Below are positions 8,839-17,932 of a stretch of DNA of 64,000 bases, in pieces. The translations under genes were made by a program, and so were the position numbers. The stretch is from assembly GCA_016706845.1 (NCBI GenBank), contig JADJIV010000020.1, forward strand, positions 3,671 through 67,670, read 5' to 3'. The notes beneath the pieces were generated by a model, which was not told the origin of the DNA, did not search any database, and worked only from the letters and a program-made list of their open reading frames with translations. Every line of letters begins with the position of its first letter. Positions within the stretch are counted from its first letter, which is position 1. This stretch comes from a bacterium (GTDB lineage Bacteria > Krumholzibacteriota > Krumholzibacteriia > LZORAL124-64-63).

Positions 8839-9768
8839 ATGGACACCATGATCGCCGCCGTCGTCGTCGTATTCCTGGTGCTGATCGTGATCGCCAGGAC
8901 CGCGATCGTCGTGCCCCAGCAGTCCGCCTACATCGTGGAATACCTGGGCAAGTACCGCAAGACCATCCAGGCGGGCTTCCACATCCTGGTGCCCTTCGTG
9001 GAGAAGGTCGCCTACAAGCACAGCCTCAAGGAGCGGGCCTTCGACATCGCCGAGCAGGTCTGCATCACGCGCGACAACGTGCAGGTCGGCGTCGACGGCG
9101 TGCTGTACCTGAAGGTGCTCGACCCGCAGCGCGCGTCGTACGGCATCTCCGACTTCAACTTCGCCATCACGCAGCTGTCCCAGACCACGCTGCGCAGCGA
9201 GATCGGCAAGATCGACCTGGACCGCACCTTCGAGGAGCGCGCCACGATCAACCAGCAGGTGGTGCAGGAGCTGGACAAGGCGTCCGACCCGTGGGGCGTC
9301 AAGGTGCTGCGCTACGAGATCAAGAACATCAACCCGCCGCGCGACGTGCTCAGCGCCATGGAGAAGCAGATGCGCGCCGAGCGCGAGAAGCGCGCCACGA
9401 TCCTCACCAGCGAGGGCGAGCGCGACGCCCAGATCAACCGGGCCGAGGGCGAGAAGCAGCGGGTCATCAAGGAGTCCGAGGCCAACCAGCAGCAGCAGAT
9501 CAACGAGGCGCAGGGCGAGGCCGCGGCCATCCTGGCCGTCGCCACGGCCACCGCCGAGGGCCTGCGCCAGGTCGCTTCGGCGCTCAGCACCCCGGGCGGC
9601 GACCAGGCCATGCGCCTGCGCGTGGCCGAGCAGTACGTCAACGAGTTCGGGAAGCTGGCCAAGGCGGGCAACACGCTGGTCCTGCCGGCGAACCTCAGCG
9701 ACGTGGGTTCGATGATCGCGCTGGCGACCAACATCGTGAAGGGCGGGTCCGCGGGCGAGGCGCGCTAG
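8839..9768 (+). CDS. SPFH/band-7 (stomatin/paraslipin-like) protein
   Basis: 309-aa ORF with an N-terminal TM helix, an SPFH core (ITRDNVQVGVDGVLYLKV...TLRSEIGKIDLDRTFEER) and a coiled-coil tail. Confidence 0.9.
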   Translation: MDTMIAAVVVVFLVLIVIARTAIVVPQQSAYIVEYLGKYRKTIQAGFHILVPFVEKVAYKHSLKERAFDIAEQVCITRDNVQVGVDGVLYLKVLDPQRASYGISDFNFAITQLSQTTLRSEIGKIDLDRTFEERATINQQVVQELDKASDPWGVKVLRYEIKNINPPRDVLSAMEKQMRAEREKRATILTSEGERDAQINRAEGEKQRVIKESEANQQQQINEAQGEAAAILAVATATAEGLRQVASALSTPGGDQAMRLRVAEQYVNEFGKLAKAGNTLVLPANLSDVGSMIALATNIVKGGSAGEAR

Positions 9769-10718
9769 CGGCGCGTCCAGCGGGGGCGCGGCGGCGCCGG
9801 CGGCCGCCACGAGCGCCAGGGGAGGCGGCGCCCCGTCTCGTTCAGGTGTTCGCCGGCCCAGATCACCAGCGCGCCCAGCATCAGGCCGCCGATGACGTCC
9901 ACCACGTAGTGGTAGCGGCAGTAGACGGTCGCCGAGCAGAGCAGCACGAACAGGGTCGACATCCACCAGCGGTGGCGGGGGAAGAGCCGCCAGACGTGCC
10001 ACCAGGCCACCATCGAGGCGGCGACGTGGCTGCTCGGGAAGGCGGCGCCCAGGATCGCGCCGTTGGCGTGGATGTAGCGCATGATGTCGGTGAAGATCCA
10101 GCCCTCGACCGGGATCGGGCCGGTGCGGAAGTACTTGGGCCCCCAGGCCGGGAAGAACGTGTACAGGGTGTAGCAGAGCAGCATCACGCCGCCGAGGTCG
10201 CGCGCGAAGGCGCGGATCGCGGGCCAGCGCCGGTTGGCGGGCAGGCTCCCGTCGCGCACGATCATCGTCAGCACCAGCGGCGCCAGGGCGTAGTAGCTGA
10301 AGTAGGCCGCCTCCATCAGCTCGTGGAACCAGGGCCAGGGCCAGGCCCGGCTCCAGGCCAGGCTCGGCTGCAGGCCGAAGATCCTCTCCTCCCAGCCGAT
10401 CAGCACCGGGTCGAAGCTGTCGTGGAACCCGTGGAAGACGATGCCCAGGTACTCCATCTCGGCGTAGAACAGCGGGAATCCGAACGGCAGGTAGATCTCG
10501 CCCAGGAAGCGCACCAGGGCCGAGCGCGACATGCGGGCCAGCGGCGGCAGGAACCACACGAAGAGGGCCGCGCCGAGGTGCCAGACCAGCCGCTCGTAGG
10601 GCCGCGCCACCACGTCCGGCCGCAGCAGCGGGTAGAAGCCGCTGACCACCAGGTACACCACGGCCCAGCGGTCCAGCTCGATGCGGAAGAGGGCCAGCGC
10701 CTGCAGTCTACGGCGCAC
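9765..10718 (-). CDS. PAP2-superfamily membrane enzyme resembling sphingomyelin/IPC-synthase head-group transferases
   Basis: 317-aa polytopic ORF. Lipid phosphate phosphatase motifs FPSSHVAAS and YCRYHYVVDVIGG (SGH and HYxxDV type). Confidence 0.7.
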   Translation of the reverse strand: MRRRLQALALFRIELDRWAVVYLVVSGFYPLLRPDVVARPYERLVWHLGAALFVWFLPPLARMSRSALVRFLGEIYLPFGFPLFYAEMEYLGIVFHGFHDSFDPVLIGWEERIFGLQPSLAWSRAWPWPWFHELMEAAYFSYYALAPLVLTMIVRDGSLPANRRWPAIRAFARDLGGVMLLCYTLYTFFPAWGPKYFRTGPIPVEGWIFTDIMRYIHANGAILGAAFPSSHVAASMVAWWHVWRLFPRHRWWMSTLFVLLCSATVYCRYHYVVDVIGGLMLGALVIWAGEHLNETGRRLPWRSWRPPAPPRPRWTRR

Positions 10719-11727
10719 GGAGCCACCCCTCCCGGCGGTAGAATTCCAGGGTCTCGGCGAAGCCGCGCGCCAGGTCGCGCGCGCCCCCGAAGCCCAGCTC
10801 GTCGCGCAGGCGCGAGCCGTCGCAGACCCAGCCCGGCGCCGCGGCGTCGCGCAGGCGGTCGGCGGCCAGCAGCGGCAGCCGCTCGGCGCGCTCCCGGCCG
10901 GCCAGCTTCGCGGCCAGCCGCAGCGCGCCGACCGGCAGGTGCGTGCAGCGGACGCGGCGGCCCCAGGCGGCGCCCAGGGCGGCGGCCAGCGCGGCCGTGT
11001 CGTGGACGGCGCCGTCCTCGACGAACCACGGCCCGCGGGCGCGCTCGTCCTCCAGCAGCAGGACCGCGGCCGCGGCCGCGTCGCGCCCGTCGAGCAGCGA
11101 CAGGGCGCGGACGTTGCCCAGCTGCGCGGTCCAGCCGTGCTTCGCCGCGCGGAACAGTTCCAGGAAGGCCCGGTCGCGCGGACCGTACAGGGCCGGCGGC
11201 CGCAGCGCGCAGGTCCGCAGCGGCCAGTCGCCCGCCAGTTGCTGCTCCGCGGCCAGCTTCGAGCGGCCGTAACCGGTGATCGGGGCGCAGGGGTCGCTCT
11301 CGCGGCGCGGGCGCTCCGGTCCGGCGGGGCCCGACGCGGCCAGGCTCGAGACCAGCACGAAGCTGCGCACGGTGCCGGAGCGCGCGGCCGCCTCCAGCAG
11401 GCGCCGCGTGCTCAGGACGTTGCCGCGGCGGTAGCCGTCCTCGTCGGGGGAGCGCACGACGCCGGCGCAGTGCAGGACGGCGTCGGCGCCGCGCACCAGC
11501 TCGTCCAGGCCGGCGGTGTCGGCGTCGTCGGGCAGCCCGCGCGGCGGCGCGAGCACCGCCGTCACCGTCGCGACGCGCGGGTCGAGCCAGCGGCGGTCGC
11601 TGGTCGGGCGCACCGCGGCGCGCACGGCGTGGCCGCGCGCCAGCAGCAGGTCGGCGATGTGGCTGCCCAGGAAACCCGTGGCGCCGGTCAGCGCCACCAG
11701 ACCGCGCGTGCCGGCGCCGGCGTTCAT
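10708..11727 (-). CDS. NAD(P)-dependent epimerase/dehydratase-fold reductase (CerR-like candidate)
   Basis: Start ATG at 11727 (MNAGAGTRGLVALTGATGFLGSH, GxxGxxG) and YGRSK catalytic motif. ATGA overlap with the upstream gene. The upstream part of the 621-aa six-frame ORF is out-of-frame overlap. Confidence 0.8.
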   Translation of the reverse strand: MNAGAGTRGLVALTGATGFLGSHIADLLLARGHAVRAAVRPTSDRRWLDPRVATVTAVLAPPRGLPDDADTAGLDELVRGADAVLHCAGVVRSPDEDGYRRGNVLSTRRLLEAAARSGTVRSFVLVSSLAASGPAGPERPRRESDPCAPITGYGRSKLAAEQQLAGDWPLRTCALRPPALYGPRDRAFLELFRAAKHGWTAQLGNVRALSLLDGRDAAAAAVLLLEDERARGPWFVEDGAVHDTAALAAALGAAWGRRVRCTHLPVGALRLAAKLAGRERAERLPLLAADRLRDAAAPGWVCDGSRLRDELGFGGARDLARGFAETLEFYRREGWLRAP

Positions 11728-12854
11728 GACAGCGGCAGGTCGTAGATCCGGTAGGTCTTGTACACCTTGGCGCCCAGCTTCTCGAGGATGCGGTTCATGG
11801 CGGTGTTGTTCTCGAGGATCCAGCTGCACTCGCCGGCGGTGATGCCGCCCTTGACCGCGGCCTTGTAGCTGCGCAGGACCATCAGCACGTCCACGCCCTT
11901 GTGGCGGTGCTCGGGCAGCACGCCCATCAGCAGGGTGCGCGCGTACACGATCTTCTTGCGGTCGGCCAGGAAGCGGAAGATCCCGAAGGGGAACAGGCGG
12001 CCGCGGACGCGCTTGAGCGCCAGGTTGAAGTCCGGGACGGTCATGCTGAACCCGATCGGCTCGCCCTTCCACTCGGCGATCAGCAGCAGGTTCTCGTTGA
12101 CCATCGTCTTCATCTCGCGGCCCGCGAAGTAGAATTCGTCGGGGTCCATGGGGATGAAGCCCCAGTTCTCGTGCCAGCAGCGGTTGTAGAGATCGCGGAT
12201 CAGCTCGACCTCGTTGCGGAAGTCCTTCTTGTTGATCGGCCGCACGGTCAGGTCGCTCTCGCCCCGGAAGACCTGCTTCGCGTTCTCCATCACGCGGTCG
12301 GGGAGCTTGAAGCCGTCGGCGGTGATGCGCCAGGCCCACAGGTCGCGGCTCTTGGCCAGGCCGGGGTACGACTCCAGCAGGTCCTGGTACCAGATCGGGT
12401 TGTAGGCCATGCCGGTGACCGGGGACGACGGCTCGCCCGCGATCAGCAGGCCCGGGTTGTCGTGGTTGGTCGTGAAGTTCAGCGGCCCGCGCATGACCGT
12501 CATGCCCTGCCCGCGCAGCCAGTCGCGGGCGGTGTCGAGCAGGGCGTGGGCCGTGGCGCGGTCCTGCTCGCACTCGAAGAAGCCGAAGAAGCCCGTGGTC
12601 TCGCGCCAGTGCTCGTTGTGGTAGCGGTCGACGCAGGCGCCCACGCGCCCGACGACCCGGCCGTCGCGGCGCGCCAGCCAGAGCCGCGTTTCGGCGTGGC
12701 GGAAGAACGGGTTGTGGGCCGGGTCGAGGAATTCGCGCAGCTGTTTCAGCAGCGGGAAGACGTAGTGGGGGTCGTCGGCGTAGACATCGTACGGCAGCTG
12801 CAGGAACGCCTCGAGGTCGCGCTTGCCGGCGACGGGGGTGATCGCGACGCCCAT
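11724..12854 (-). CDS. GNAT-fold acyltransferase-like protein (bacterial ceramide synthase-like candidate)
   Basis: 376-aa ORF with a C-terminal GNAT-like core (LLMGVLPEHRHKGVDVLM...NTAMNRILEKLGA). Lies between the spt-like and reductase genes. Confidence 0.6.
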   Translation of the reverse strand: MGVAITPVAGKRDLEAFLQLPYDVYADDPHYVFPLLKQLREFLDPAHNPFFRHAETRLWLARRDGRVVGRVGACVDRYHNEHWRETTGFFGFFECEQDRATAHALLDTARDWLRGQGMTVMRGPLNFTTNHDNPGLLIAGEPSSPVTGMAYNPIWYQDLLESYPGLAKSRDLWAWRITADGFKLPDRVMENAKQVFRGESDLTVRPINKKDFRNEVELIRDLYNRCWHENWGFIPMDPDEFYFAGREMKTMVNENLLLIAEWKGEPIGFSMTVPDFNLALKRVRGRLFPFGIFRFLADRKKIVYARTLLMGVLPEHRHKGVDVLMVLRSYKAAVKGGITAGECSWILENNTAMNRILEKLGAKVYKTYRIYDLPLS

Positions 12855-12876
12855 GCGGCCTCCTCGGCGGTTCGGT

Positions 12877-14055
12877 TCAGACGACGCCCAGTTCGCGGCC
12901 CACGCGGGTCATGATGTCCATGGCCCGGTGCACCTCGTCCTCGGTGTGGGTGGCCATCAGGCTCAGGCGGATCAGGGCGCCGCCCTTCTCCACGGCGGGG
13001 GAGACCACGGGGTTGACGAAGACGCCCTCCTCGAACAGCCGCCCGCACATCTGGAAGGCCATCAGGTCCTCGCCGATGACCGCCGGGATGATGGGCGTGT
13101 TCGACGGGCCGGTGTCGAAGCCGGCGTCCTGCAGCCGCTCCATCATGACCGCGGTGTTGCGCCACAGCTGCTTGAGGCGCCACTCCTCCTCGATCATGAC
13201 GTCGATCGCGACCGAGACCGAGGCCACCGAGGCCGGCGGCATGCTCGCCGAGAAGATCAGCGAGCGGGCGATGTGCTGGATGAAGTGGATGGTGTCCTTG
13301 TCCGCGGCGATGAAGCCGCCGACCGAGGCCAGGGACTTGCTGAAGGTGCCCATGATCAGGGGCACGCGCTCGGTGACCCCGAAGTGGTTGGCGGTGCCGC
13401 GGCCCTGCGCGCCCAGCACGCCCACGCCGTGGGCGTCGTCGATCATCAGGACGGCGTTATGGCGCTCGGCCAGGTCCAGGATCTCCGGGATCTTCGCGAT
13501 GTCGCCGTGCATGGAGAACACGCCGTCCACGACGATGAGCTTGCCGTCGGTGGTGCAGACGTCCAGCGTGTGCGCCAGCGACGCCATGTCGTTGTGCTTG
13601 TATTTCTTGACCTGCCCGAAGCTCAGGCGGGTGCCGTCGATGATCGAGGCGTGGTCGGTGCGGTCGACGATGACGGTGTCGTTGCGCCCGACCAGGGCGA
13701 AGATCGCGCCGAGGTTGACCATCATGCCCGTCGAGAAGACCAGGGCGGCCTCCTTGCCGACCAGGCGCGCCAGCTTCTCCTCCAGCTCGAGGTGGATGTC
13801 CAGGGTGCCGTTCAGGAACCGCGAGCCGGCGCAGCCGGTGCCGTACTTGTCCAGGGCCAGCTTGGCGGCTTCCTTCACCCGGGGGTGGTTCGTCAGGCCC
13901 AGGTAGTTGTTGCTCCCGAGCATGATGACCTCGCGGCCCCCGATCCGCACCGTGTTCTCCTGGGCCGATTCGATGACCCGGAAGAAGTGGTACAGCCCGG
14001 CGGCCTGCAGTTCCTTGGCCGTGGTGAATTGGGCGACCTTGTCCAGCAGACCCAT
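12877..14055 (-). CDS. spt: alpha-oxoamine synthase, serine palmitoyltransferase-like
   Basis: 392-aa ORF with PLP-lysine motif GTFSKSLASVGG, plus DDAHGVG and GSRFLNGT. The family also includes BioF and Kbl, so substrate assignment rests on context. Confidence 0.75.
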   Translation of the reverse strand: MGLLDKVAQFTTAKELQAAGLYHFFRVIESAQENTVRIGGREVIMLGSNNYLGLTNHPRVKEAAKLALDKYGTGCAGSRFLNGTLDIHLELEEKLARLVGKEAALVFSTGMMVNLGAIFALVGRNDTVIVDRTDHASIIDGTRLSFGQVKKYKHNDMASLAHTLDVCTTDGKLIVVDGVFSMHGDIAKIPEILDLAERHNAVLMIDDAHGVGVLGAQGRGTANHFGVTERVPLIMGTFSKSLASVGGFIAADKDTIHFIQHIARSLIFSASMPPASVASVSVAIDVMIEEEWRLKQLWRNTAVMMERLQDAGFDTGPSNTPIIPAVIGEDLMAFQMCGRLFEEGVFVNPVVSPAVEKGGALIRLSLMATHTEDEVHRAMDIMTRVGRELGVV

Positions 14056-14170
14056 GTTTCCGTGTTCCTTGTTGAACCGTCGGCTGCGAAAATTGAAAGC
14101 CGTTCTCGTTTGCGGGGGCAGTCGGACCAGAACATATACGGGTTCTCAGTCGCATACCAATAAATTTACA

Positions 14171-15859
14171 TCAGGCCGCAGCGGCCCCCTGCCCTGCGCG
14201 AGCCGGTTTCCCGCTCCTGCTCAGCAGCCACCGCGCCTCCCAGGCCAGGAACAGGGCCATGGCGATCAGTCCGGCGGCGATGCCCGCCAGCAGTCCCTCC
14301 CCGTCGCGCAGGAAACCCGCGATCTGCCAACCGAGGGCCCCGATCGTCGTCGCCAGCATGAACAGCGCGGGCACCAGGGTGGCCGCCCGGGGCTTGTGCA
14401 GCCCGACCAGCCAGCTCGAAACGACCAGCAGGCTGAGCGCCGCCACCAGCTGGTTCGACGCGCCGAAGACCGGCCAGATCCGGTGGTAGCTGTCGCTGGC
14501 GCCGAGCCAGCCGGCCGCCAGCACCGTGATCAGGGTGGCGCCCCAGCGGGTGCCGACGACCGGGGCGCCGCGCACCAGCTCCTGCAGGACGAAGCGGGCC
14601 AGGCGGGTCGAGGTGTCCAGGGTGGTGATCACGAAGGCGTTGATCATCAGGATGCCGAAGAACAGACCGACCGACGCGCCCAGCAGGGGCAGGGCGTCGG
14701 TCAGCCGGGAGAAGCCCGTAGCGAAGGCGACGATGGGGCCGCCGCCCGCCGGGTCCATCAGCTGCTGCAGGCTGCCGGCGACGGGCGAGGCGCCGGCGTC
14801 CCAGCGCAGGGCGCCCGCCGCGATCAGCACCACCAGCGCCGCCAGCCCCGCCTCCAGGATCATGGCGCCGAACCCGATGCGCAGGCCGTCGCTCTCGCGG
14901 GAGATCTGCTTGCTGGTGGTGCCGCCGGCGACCAGGGAGTGGAACCCCGAGATGGCGCCGCAGGCGATCATCACGCACAGCATGGGCCACAGGGGTCCCT
15001 GGGTCGGCGACCGGAAACCCGTGAAGGCCGGCGCCTCCAGCGTGGGGTGCAGTGCGATCAGGCCCAGCACCCCGCCGCCGATGCCCAGGTAGAGGATCCA
15101 GGTGCTCAGGTAGTCGCGCGGCTGCAGGAGCAGCCAGACCGGCAGCGTCGAGGCCAGCACGCAGTAGACCATCAGGATCCAGAACCAGAACGTGACGGCC
15201 GGGATCCCGAACACCTCCGGCGGCAGCACCACCGGCAACCGGACCCCCAGCCAGACCAGGCCGGCCAGCGCGGCCAGGGCCAGCAGCGTGAAGGGCAGCA
15301 GCGGCCGTCCCGGCCGCAGCACGCCCGCCCCGAACACCGACGCCACCGCGATCAGGCCGAAGGTGGGGATCACGATGCTCGGTTCCTTGACCATGGTCTG
15401 GGCGGTGATCACGCCGAAGACCGCGACCACCATCACCAGGGTGCACCACAGGAAGACCGAGAGGATCAGACGCGCGCGGCCGCCCAGCGTGGACTGCGCG
15501 ATCTCGCCGATCGAGACGCCGCCGCTGCGCACCGACGCCATCAGCGCCACGTAGTCGTGGACCGCGCCCATCAGGACCGAGCCAAGGGCGATCCAGCCCA
15601 GCGCCGCCGCCCAGCCGAAGTAGAGCACGCCGAGCAGCGGGCCCACGATCGGACCGGCGCCGGCGATCGAGGAGAAGTGGTGGCCGAACAGGACGGGGGT
15701 GCGCGTCGCCTGGAAGTCCACGCCGTCGGCCCGGCTGCGGCTCGGGACGGCGCGCGCGTCGTCGGGTCCGATCAGGCGGCGGGCGATCCTGCCGCCGTAC
15801 CACCGGTAGCCGACCACGAGCCAGGCGGCGACCAGGCCGCCGATCCACAAGCTGTTCAT
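14171..15859 (-). CDS. cstA: carbon starvation protein A family peptide/pyruvate transporter
   Basis: 562-aa polytopic ORF with the CstA N-terminal signature LFGHHFSSIAGAGPIVGP. Confidence 0.9.
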   Translation of the reverse strand: MNSLWIGGLVAAWLVVGYRWYGGRIARRLIGPDDARAVPSRSRADGVDFQATRTPVLFGHHFSSIAGAGPIVGPLLGVLYFGWAAALGWIALGSVLMGAVHDYVALMASVRSGGVSIGEIAQSTLGGRARLILSVFLWCTLVMVVAVFGVITAQTMVKEPSIVIPTFGLIAVASVFGAGVLRPGRPLLPFTLLALAALAGLVWLGVRLPVVLPPEVFGIPAVTFWFWILMVYCVLASTLPVWLLLQPRDYLSTWILYLGIGGGVLGLIALHPTLEAPAFTGFRSPTQGPLWPMLCVMIACGAISGFHSLVAGGTTSKQISRESDGLRIGFGAMILEAGLAALVVLIAAGALRWDAGASPVAGSLQQLMDPAGGGPIVAFATGFSRLTDALPLLGASVGLFFGILMINAFVITTLDTSTRLARFVLQELVRGAPVVGTRWGATLITVLAAGWLGASDSYHRIWPVFGASNQLVAALSLLVVSSWLVGLHKPRAATLVPALFMLATTIGALGWQIAGFLRDGEGLLAGIAAGLIAMALFLAWEARWLLSRSGKPARAGQGAAAA

Positions 15860-15893
15860 CGTGCCTCCTGCGCGGGCCCGTCGCCCGGCGGGG

Positions 15894-16484
15894 TCAGTCC
15901 TGCGACGGATCCTCGCCGGAACCCTCGGCTTCGAAGATGTGGAACCAGGCGCCGCGGCGCCAGGCGTCGGGGGGCAGGCCGGCCTTGAGGCTGAGCTGGC
16001 CGAGCAGCGTCTCGCGGTCCCAACCCTGTTCCGCCGCGACCTGGGGCAGGAACACCGCCCGCGCGTTCCCGCGGGTCAGGACGACGCCGTGGCGGGGCAC
16101 CTCGATCCCGCTCCAGTCCGCGACGGGCCGCAGGGGCGTGAGGGCCGAGATCTCCAGCGTCAGGCCGGGCAGCTCGTCCTCCGTCAGGGGCAGGAAACGC
16201 GGGTCGCGGAAGGCGGCGGCCAGGGTGTTGGCGATCACGGCCTCGCACAGGGGCGCCGTGCCCACGATGTCGCCGATGCAGCCCCGCAGACGACCGTGGC
16301 GCTGCAGCGTCACGAAGGCGCCGCGCCGCTCTAGTAGCGGCGGGCTCAGCGTGGCGCCCGCGGCTTCGGCGAAGGCGCGCGGCCGCGGCGGCGGCTCGCC
16401 GCCGACCGCGCCGTTCAGGGTCGCGCGCGCGAGCCTCAGCAGGAAGGCGCGCTCCTGCGCCGTCAGCGGCGCGAAGGCGATCAT
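15894..16484 (-). CDS. AMMECR1-domain protein (AmmeMemoRadiSam system protein A-like)
   Basis: 196 aa from ATG 16484, with the RGCIG motif (LRGCIGDIVG). ATGA overlap with the Memo-like gene. Confidence 0.85.
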   Translation of the reverse strand: MIAFAPLTAQERAFLLRLARATLNGAVGGEPPPRPRAFAEAAGATLSPPLLERRGAFVTLQRHGRLRGCIGDIVGTAPLCEAVIANTLAAAFRDPRFLPLTEDELPGLTLEISALTPLRPVADWSGIEVPRHGVVLTRGNARAVFLPQVAAEQGWDRETLLGQLSLKAGLPPDAWRRGAWFHIFEAEGSGEDPSQD

Positions 16485-17362
16485 GCGGCCACCGCGGGAG
16501 GCAGGCAGGCGACGGCGGCGGCGTAGCTCACCGAGAGCGTGTAGTCGCCGTCGCGGTCCGCGCTGCGGGCGTAGTCCACCACGTCGGCCCGCAACCGCTG
16601 CGGCCAGGGCAGCGACATCACCAAGGCGGCGGCCTCCAGGCCGCACATGGTGATGCCGGTGCGCCGCCCATAGTCGAGCAGAGCCTCGGCGTCCCAGGCC
16701 AGGAAGGCGTCCAGGACGCCCTGGTCCAGTTCGCGCAGCCGGTCCGGCACGCAGTCGCGGAACGGGATATAGCCGAAGACGGAGCCGTAGTGGGTCAGGT
16801 CGGTCGAGACCACGAACAGGGTGGTACCGTCGCACCAGGGCGCCAGCGCCTCGGCCGCCACGTACCGCAGGGCCCGCGAGAGGCGGGGCACCAGCAGCGG
16901 CACGATCGGCGGCGGGTCGTCCGTCAGCGCCTGCAACAGGGGCAACTGGATCTCCTCCGCGTGTTCCCGGACGTGGGCGTGGGTGTCCCGCGTGAAGGAC
17001 GCGTTGTGGGCGACGTGCTCGCAGGCGTCCCGGTCCAGCGCGACCTCGCCCAGCGGCGTGGCGTAGGCGTCCCAGCGCGGTGTCGAGATGCGGGACAGCG
17101 CGGCGTGGTGGTTGGGAGCGAGGATCACGATGCGCCGGTAGCCGCTCACCAGGTCGCGCAGCAGCCCCCAGCCCCGCCCCGCCACCCGTCCCGAGTAGGC
17201 GTACCCGGCGTGGGGCACCATCAGCACCACGGGCCTGCCCGCCGGCAGCCGTTCCGGCTCCGCGCCGGCCAGCAGCCCCGTCGCGAGCTTCCGCAACGCC
17301 TGGGGCGAACCCGGATACCACGAACCTGCCAGGGCGCTCGGACGCACGGCGGCGGACCTCAT
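16481..17362 (-). CDS. MEMO1-family protein (AmmeMemoRadiSam system protein B-like)
   Basis: 293-aa ORF with GSWYPG and MVPHAGYAYSG motifs. Confidence 0.85.
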   Translation of the reverse strand: MRSAAVRPSALAGSWYPGSPQALRKLATGLLAGAEPERLPAGRPVVLMVPHAGYAYSGRVAGRGWGLLRDLVSGYRRIVILAPNHHAALSRISTPRWDAYATPLGEVALDRDACEHVAHNASFTRDTHAHVREHAEEIQLPLLQALTDDPPPIVPLLVPRLSRALRYVAAEALAPWCDGTTLFVVSTDLTHYGSVFGYIPFRDCVPDRLRELDQGVLDAFLAWDAEALLDYGRRTGITMCGLEAAALVMSLPWPQRLRADVVDYARSADRDGDYTLSVSYAAAVACLPPAVAA

Positions 17363-17429
17363 CGCTCGACCCCCTTGCGATCATCGACCGCCCCGCATCC
17401 TACCAGATAGCGGCCGACTTCCCTCCCGG

Positions 17430-17444
17430 CCCCCCCCCCCCCCC
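17430..17444. repeat. C15 homopolymer in a divergent intergenic region
   Basis: 15 consecutive C residues counted directly, between the Memo-like (minus) and STAS (plus) gene starts. Confidence 0.9.
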
Positions 17445-17584
17445 GCCCCTGGCCGGGCCGGGGTGCCCCCTGCGCCAGGAGGGCGCAGGGCCTGATGCTG
17501 GGCCTGCCCGGGGGGCGATCGGCATCATTCTGTTTGGGCGTCGTGCGGCAGCGCCGTGCCTTATCCCCCTTCGGGAGGACCCGC

Positions 17585-17932
17585 GTGAAGATTACCGAGA
17601 AGCCCCAGGGCGAAGTCATGATCCTGCAGCTGTCGGGCAAGATCATGGGCGGCGAGGACCACGAGCTGTTCCACAGCCAGATCAAGACCCTCATCAACGA
17701 GGGCTACGTGGACGTGGTCCTGAACATGGGCAAGGTCAACTGGATCAACTCGACCGGCCTCGGCGTGCTCGTCTCCGGCTACCACACGCTGAAGAAGAAC
17801 GGCGGGCAGATGCGGATCTGCGACGTGAGCGGTCGGATCGACAACATCCTGAACGTCACGCAGCTCAAGCTCGTGTTCGAGACCTACGACAACGAGGCGG
17901 CCGCCCTCGCATCCCTGGGACATACCGGTTGA
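17585..17932 (+). CDS. STAS-domain protein (anti-sigma-factor antagonist family)
   Basis: GTG 17585 after GGGAGGAC. STAS pattern (VVLNMGKVNWINSTGLGVLV...RICDVSGRIDNILNVTQL). Confidence 0.8.
   Translation: MKITEKPQGEVMILQLSGKIMGGEDHELFHSQIKTLINEGYVDVVLNMGKVNWINSTGLGVLVSGYHTLKKNGGQMRICDVSGRIDNILNVTQLKLVFETYDNEAAALASLGHTG

Noticed and set aside
10708-12573. 621-aa minus-strand ORF suggesting a large fusion protein.
   Set aside because: Only the part from ATG 11727 downstream reads as an epimerase-fold protein. The upstream part is an out-of-frame overlap of the GNAT-like gene.
15894-17384. 496-aa ORF spanning both the AMMECR1 and Memo regions.
   Set aside because: Its upstream part is the wrong frame of the Memo-like gene. 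The AMMECR1 protein starts at ATG 16484 in an ATGA overlap.
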